57,552 bases of DNA from a virus. Taxonomy: Duplodnaviria; Caudoviricetes. The stretch is from positions 1 through 57,552 of the IMG/VR virus record IMGVR_UViG_3300025276_000005; one strand, 5' to 3'. A program made the position numbers and the translations under genes. Under the pieces are notes generated by a model. It saw only the letters and a list, made by a program, of their open reading frames with translations. It ran no database searches and had not been told where the DNA came from. Positions 54,201-57,552 of this stretch are shown here, one piece after another. Position 1 is the stretch's first letter; each line of letters begins with the position of its first letter.

Positions 54201-56085
54201 TTACCTTAGCTCTATCTTTTGCAGGCTGAGTCTCGTTTGACTTTAAGTTATCCAACTCTACCTGTAGCTTTGTTATCGCATCAAGTGTTGGCTTGTTCAT
54301 GTCAGGACTAACTTTCTTTATATCTTCACTAACTATAGCTTCCTTATACTTCTCATCGTATATAGACTGAAGCTCATTGTCATTTACAATATTGACCTCA
54401 GCTTTAATTAAATCCTGAGGTGAAGCCTCTCTAATAAATTTAGCCATATCAGGACCTGTAACTCTAGCATCCTTACCCGTACCATTGATGGAGTATTTTG
54501 GTGCTTTATATAAACCATAACCCACCGTTAGTGGTGCTGTTGCTGTACCTGCGATACCTTCAAAACCAATCTCAGCAATATCCATCTCCTGACCTGCAAC
54601 CAATCGTCCACCAACCTCACCAAGCGAACCACCAACAGCTTCAACTGCACCACCTGCCGCACCTGCTAAAAGTTTACGACCTGTCATTCCTGCTACCTTA
54701 CCAACAACTTTAGTTGCTATCCCACCTGAGATAGCGTCAATAGCTCCAATAGTAAGACCACGTCCAACAGCCTTAAAACGGATGTTGTTCATCTTCTCTT
54801 GATTCCCTAAAATTTCTCTAATATTTTCTTCAGTCATCTCCTTCCCGCCAAGTTCCTCTTGTAGTAACTCAGCGTATGTAAGACCCGTCTCAAGTGTAGT
54901 ACCTGCCATTCCCATCGCACCAATAAGAGCACCTGCAGGACCTGCGATTGCTGCACCTGCCGCAGCACCACCTGCTGCACCTGCCAAGGTAGCCGGTGTA
55001 GCCATAGCACTTACTGAGGATACAAATAATTGTGGTATAACTGTAGGGTTTGCGATAACACCCTTAATGAATCCTAACCAACCTCCACCATCAGCTTGGT
55101 ATATCTTCTGAAAGTCACGCATCTCATCTGACTCACCCATAGACTGCATACGTTTCTGTGCTGCAATGAAGTCATCAATATCTTCTTGAGAAGCGTCTGA
55201 GCCTTTAGCAAACAACTCAAGTGCTTCATCTACTGAACCACCCTGTGCTTGACCTGCTGCACCCGCTCTATATAAGTCACCAAATAAATCTGTGATTTCA
55301 TTCTTACCAAATACTCTCTCAATCAAAGTGTCTTTCTCTCCCGCAACATCCTCTGTTCCTTTTGAGAAGTCAATAACTTCAGGAGTAAAGTCTGTTGGAA
55401 CAGACTCTTCGATAACACTTAAGGCTTCTTCTTTTGTTATACCGGTATCGTCAGGGTTAATACCTGTAGCTTCCATATAATCAGACTTCCAACGAGTAGG
55501 ATGGTCTTTTGATTTCAAATCTACTCCACCCTCGCCTTTACTTCCCCAATGATACATACCATCAACTTCATTAGTTTGAGGTATAATGCCTGCCTTCCAA
55601 GCACCACGATAGTCGTAGTTTGAATTGTCAATTTGAGGTTCCTCACTATAGGCTTGCTTAAACTCTTCTCTCCAAGCTACAACATTTGGGTCTGTAGCCA
55701 TCCAATTTTGAAACTCAATCTCTTCCTGCTCTGTTAGTGTAAAGTCCGTTGGAACAGACTCTTCAGTAACTTCAGGAGTAAAGTCTATTGCAACAGGCTC
55801 CTCAACTTCTTGAGTAGAAGACTCCAATAATACAGGTTCCTCCTGCTCTGTTGGTGTAATGGATTCCGTAACGTCCTCTTGAATAGTGGAAACGGATTCG
55901 TCTTTTTTTTTTAATGTAAAGTTTTCTAGAGAACCAATATCATACCCCTCTTCATTAAAGAAAGAATATAACTCCTCTCTCTTTACGTCATCAGTTAATG
56001 CAGATATAAAATTATTTAAGTCACCTAAATCGTAACCCTCTTGATTGAAAAAATCAAATAACTCTTGAGCTTTAATCTCGTCCAT
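48250..56085 (-). CDS. Giant (2611 aa) probable virion-injected multidomain protein with a zincin-like HExxH motif
   Basis: Acidic N-terminus, Gly/Ala-rich membrane-like segment, GKIFINP...TPIHEFGHIW...EEAL, long helical C-terminus; last gene of the virion arm. Confidence 0.7.
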   Translation of the reverse strand: MDEIKAQELFDFFNQEGYDLGDLNNFISALTDDVKREELYSFFNEEGYDIGSLENFTLKKKDESVSTIQEDVTESITPTEQEEPVLLESSTQEVEEPVAIDFTPEVTEESVPTDFTLTEQEEIEFQNWMATDPNVVAWREEFKQAYSEEPQIDNSNYDYRGAWKAGIIPQTNEVDGMYHWGSKGEGGVDLKSKDHPTRWKSDYMEATGINPDDTGITKEEALSVIEESVPTDFTPEVIDFSKGTEDVAGEKDTLIERVFGKNEITDLFGDLYRAGAAGQAQGGSVDEALELFAKGSDASQEDIDDFIAAQKRMQSMGESDEMRDFQKIYQADGGGWLGFIKGVIANPTVIPQLFVSSVSAMATPATLAGAAGGAAAGAAIAGPAGALIGAMGMAGTTLETGLTYAELLQEELGGKEMTEENIREILGNQEKMNNIRFKAVGRGLTIGAIDAISGGIATKVVGKVAGMTGRKLLAGAAGGAVEAVGGSLGEVGGRLVAGQEMDIAEIGFEGIAGTATAPLTVGYGLYKAPKYSINGTGKDARVTGPDMAKFIREASPQDLIKAEVNIVNDNELQSIYDEKYKEAIVSEDIKKVSPDMNKPTLDAITKLQVELDNLKSNETQPAKDRAKVIKEEIKNLQENPITEGEARETDITVDGDDVSTTTNVVTEEFAAKKLAEEGVINPTPEQISEKQQQILKEQADAIQEPSTETVDVQEQAGDSQTVGEGDSEVSELTTETTQEVQESDVSPEVQAEVDAIEADERIDLSELDAITPTEEVVAEESTPRFRLDGLETQDQETSAITEEMNKMDKNEIEFKASGASRDYEVNPIKESNSIKKITQKALDFIGVKSENDLLKPLDFFDGIPMLTGMSDILASGTVKDAQGNNMDVDGGIMFNILGKNTEAAWAGVNEDGAKTQFDNAVRLYEENKVLFDKLWDDGKLPQGHVPMAIARMSDSAINSNEAIFRYVSPAIKSAPKKNQVKALADLQVSLDKAKTSSQKSTVGKKKVAAAIKLQEFIKKNKIKTLGQLADLVVKQANQRAKGDMNTLTLDDRKLLFESIIYPPGAKKNNRAVIKSLAEGNPKFNVDAFFADNIYKAIGEPSMIKGAHGDIVAVVGIDVTDKGGVTKVSHDNYGFGPKGKAIALISKPKHGIDVFSTWKAKASRVFKRNKKGEFPTKEATAQQVGGAFFNDKVFQSDPAKTKQSNLDILIGKLKFAFPSVNVATSQVEFDAILDQPGVRTQESNGKTILGLTKDGKIFINPAFDSLATPIHEFGHIWTDFLRSDASGKKGTALLARGLKLVEGTDALKAAIEKYGDTKLAREEALVELMATKGETITNAAQKSKFKEWMNATFKYIKQNFTTSDELFKGNIKDIENLTLDEFINTGLADLFSGKPLDAKSKTKFDAKAEAQASKARFELGDSSNKKAVKSAVEKLRGLGYSEVVIGELLKQKGVESNLISEVLATNKKSAPKAKVTEDLVPGSKKVENAIDDIIKRTQDRANKKNNNKGPKNITPKVSQEILLKNAIEYLKSTPLYERASDVVREELVRGVRKKLSLKEKSSPSKATLDSNFGKEITTTDKKLYAKRLKDLQEGAKTAQQAIQESSKLITENVKALVKKGSITNGQAQRILNRFAKVDVLNEVSIDSFMDYMANVYNKSEDKYKKTLISEIRKRVSKSAKKTKSVDADSQQFFEVMEAVLNKVLATIDGKPVKIDADDIKKSLFPDIDTILQKEFSELTNKEKSQLYASEIFESVDGLRDMSLEQVEQLLEDIKRGQEGGRMELKKKLDAFRAEVKETKNQADKDIEDGYSELFEDGKPKDKNQLDSDRDDRRIELFGKGLGEAINKYAKEFSYTNVGKMLQAIGNNLKHLGTLTNGLDKVGSFFTENVYNALNKMESVYTKGLQNTRTKMDEIAKTIDGIDSYKDIKKKLATGVHKITGLKTSKGGVLSSDSFNADQLMRLYALSKNKVQRDKLLAQGLTDSKLKEIESILGKEVVEFVDKTVEYLSTEYFENTNEVYSDVNNVNLGYVDNYFPTQTIQTKVNADLLENGDFSGVFNAQTAPALKERVDLTGDVDLRGSDFTSTLQDHFETIERYKGYAKGVKKMNAIFKFKSVNTLLTETGLGKAVKNAINYAVNPNGGKAAIQSNLVDKLMTKYTGFALAFKAVQILKQSTSFVNAFEDYSYRGKGKSKVPGLDLLMFMVDGAKVIATMPSQIKKAWNLSPMFQERLLKGLEGDVYGLETGSVTYKPASQSQKSKAFRMLKAAAGSPTVLGDVLGVMGYMINFNRDIANGMSEADAVAKFEDYNTTQQSRRSTDKIPLQMDSNSLVRGFTMFGSTVFLQMNKVMQSTTNILRSVSQGEKPSAKSVRGLVLNLGVANVMFALAANIAKFIKGEDEDREEALDKMKDAMMGLNLIYQIPYFGASAEEAVNKMRGNSSRPIDSVVNPFSSVSRKFTKLAKLSKEDKENGESKAIGSAVRTLTEIGLGVQFDPFIGLANAFQGDFSEENMYDVLGVSSSYRPKGTSETQIKKDKLGQYNSETDMKRYDKALWRKTFGPESEGYLDRVAEKKAKAIERKAKQAEKDALYNYKKKKKKSKSTKRGIRNKGKFSGR

Positions 56086-56097
56086 AATCTAGTCTTG

Positions 56098-57425
56098 TTA
56101 TATTGAAATAGGTGTTTTTTTCTTTGGAGTGCTACTTGGTGTAGGCTTATTAGATATGCTGCCTGTAAAATCTTCTAGGTTTAAGTCTGTAACTCTAGTA
56201 ATAAAATCCTTCATTGCCTTCTTGTTAGAGTCAACCTTGTTACCTGTAAACATTTGAGGTCTTATAGTAAGAGATATCTCATTGCCATCACTATCTTCCA
56301 CGCCATCTTTTCCTACAGTTATTTTAATTGTACCGTCACGTGAAACAGATGACTCCAATCCTAGGCTTGCAAAATCGGAGTTAGGTCCAAAGTTTTTATT
56401 GAAATAATCTTGAGATGACTCTTCATCCTTCCCTATTCTACTCTGTGGTTTAATAAATAAACCATCAGTTACAGAATCATTAATAAAGGTGTCACGAATT
56501 ATTATTTTTTCGTCATTAGTTTCAGTTATACCCTTATCAACTTGATACTCAGCGTCATTATCTATATCTAATTCATCTAAGTATTGAGCTACATTGTACT
56601 CTTGAGCTACCTCACCCATTACAGCTTCAATAAATCCTTTCTTAGTATTAGCGTTAATTTTCTTAGAAGTCTCTAAGCCATCACCATCTAATCTAATTAT
56701 AGTAAGACCATCCTTAGTCCTTATAATATCTTCTATCGTTGAGTCTAAACTACGAACAAAACTGATAGCGTCATCTATAGTAGCATCACTACCCTCCTCT
56801 ATATTAAATAAGTTACCAACCTTAGCTACAGAGTTTCTTATAACTGCTTTACTTTCTTCTTTGACATCCTCCCACTGCTTAGGTTTTTTAGCGTTTTTAA
56901 CCTGAACTGCTAGAAGTAAATTTCTTTGATTAAGATTCTCTTTATAGTATACAGCCTCGACCTGTGCCTTTTCCTCTTTAGTCGTAGCAGCCTTCATATC
57001 AGCATTGTGTTTTTCTTTACCTTGCTTTATGTCTTGCTCAATTTTATCAACCGATAAATTTGCTAATTCAGTTCTATTGTCTAGTGTATCTTTCTTATAA
57101 TCTATCTCAAGTCCTTTTAACTCATTAGCCTTAGTTAAAGCATCTCTTTTTGCTTGACTCTCTGTAGTCTCAGAAAAACCTAAACGAGCCATAAACTGCT
57201 CATTAAGGATATCGTAAGCCTCATCTTTTTGGTCCTTTGTTAAGTCAGGTACTAGCACACCGCTATTAGGATTGTTAGGGTCAGGTATAAGAACTATAAT
57301 ACCTTCCTTCCCTTTGTCCTCTATATTCTCAGAGTACTCATAATCACCACTTCCATCAGCTAATATACTTTGAGCTGCGTACGTAGGCTGAAGTGCTGCT
57401 TTTATATAATTCTCTTTAGCACTTG
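56098..57425 (-). CDS. C-terminal part of the junction-spanning probable internal virion protein
   Basis: The frame of ORF 56098..57258 stays open to the terminal repeat; charged, coiled-coil-like sequence. Confidence 0.85.
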
Positions 57426-57552
57426 CAAATAAAGGGTTCTCAAGTATACTATCTCTAGTCCCTACATTACCTTCGTTAATAGACTTTAAGTACCTATTGT
57501 CAAAAGATTTAGCAGCATCCTCGCCAAACTTTTTCGTATCAAACTTATCAAT
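57426..57552. repeat. Terminal direct repeat, copy 2
   Basis: Exact 127-bp match to positions 1-127. Confidence 0.97.

Noticed and set aside
1-57552. Stop-codon reassignment, introns/inteins, tRNAs, integrase or a diversity-generating retroelement
   Set aside because: Long genes are intact under the standard code, terL and MCP show no obvious interruption, and I saw no cloverleaf, recombinase or reverse-transcriptase motif. This was by eye only; tRNAscan and HMM searches were not run.

Overview
The window is an apparently complete, circularly permuted dsDNA phage genome of 57,425 unique bp; bases 1-127 are repeated exactly at 57426-57552, most likely an assembly overlap. The host is very probably a Bacteroidota (flavobacterial) species, because TAnnTTTG -7 promoter boxes precede many genes and ribosome-binding regions are A-rich without Shine-Dalgarno sequences. 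The minus-strand arm (32102 down to 1, continuing from 57425 to 48250) carries GroEL, PhoH, GroES, lysis genes, a LamG fibre, terminase, portal, scaffold, major capsid protein, crAss-like ring and tail-stabilisation proteins, and internal virion proteins including a 2611-aa protein with an HExxH motif. The plus-strand arm (about 32670-48250) carries small early genes and a recombination/replication block: Sak-like annealase, PD-(D/E)XK exonuclease, SSB, primase-SF3 helicase, SNF2-like helicase, VRR-NUC and HNH. I recognised no DNA polymerase, RNA polymerase, integrase, tRNA or CRISPR array. The main discovery is an RNA layer in the early region. Two twister ribozymes (32826-32886, 37602-37665) with mutually compensatory base changes and one type III hammerhead ribozyme (34492-34544) lie on the sense strand, each just upstream of a start codon. 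They are interleaved with a family of covarying TCCG..CGGA hairpins, a repeated operator/promoter unit and several further unassigned structured RNAs. All protein and RNA assignments were made by eye from motifs; none was confirmed by a database search.
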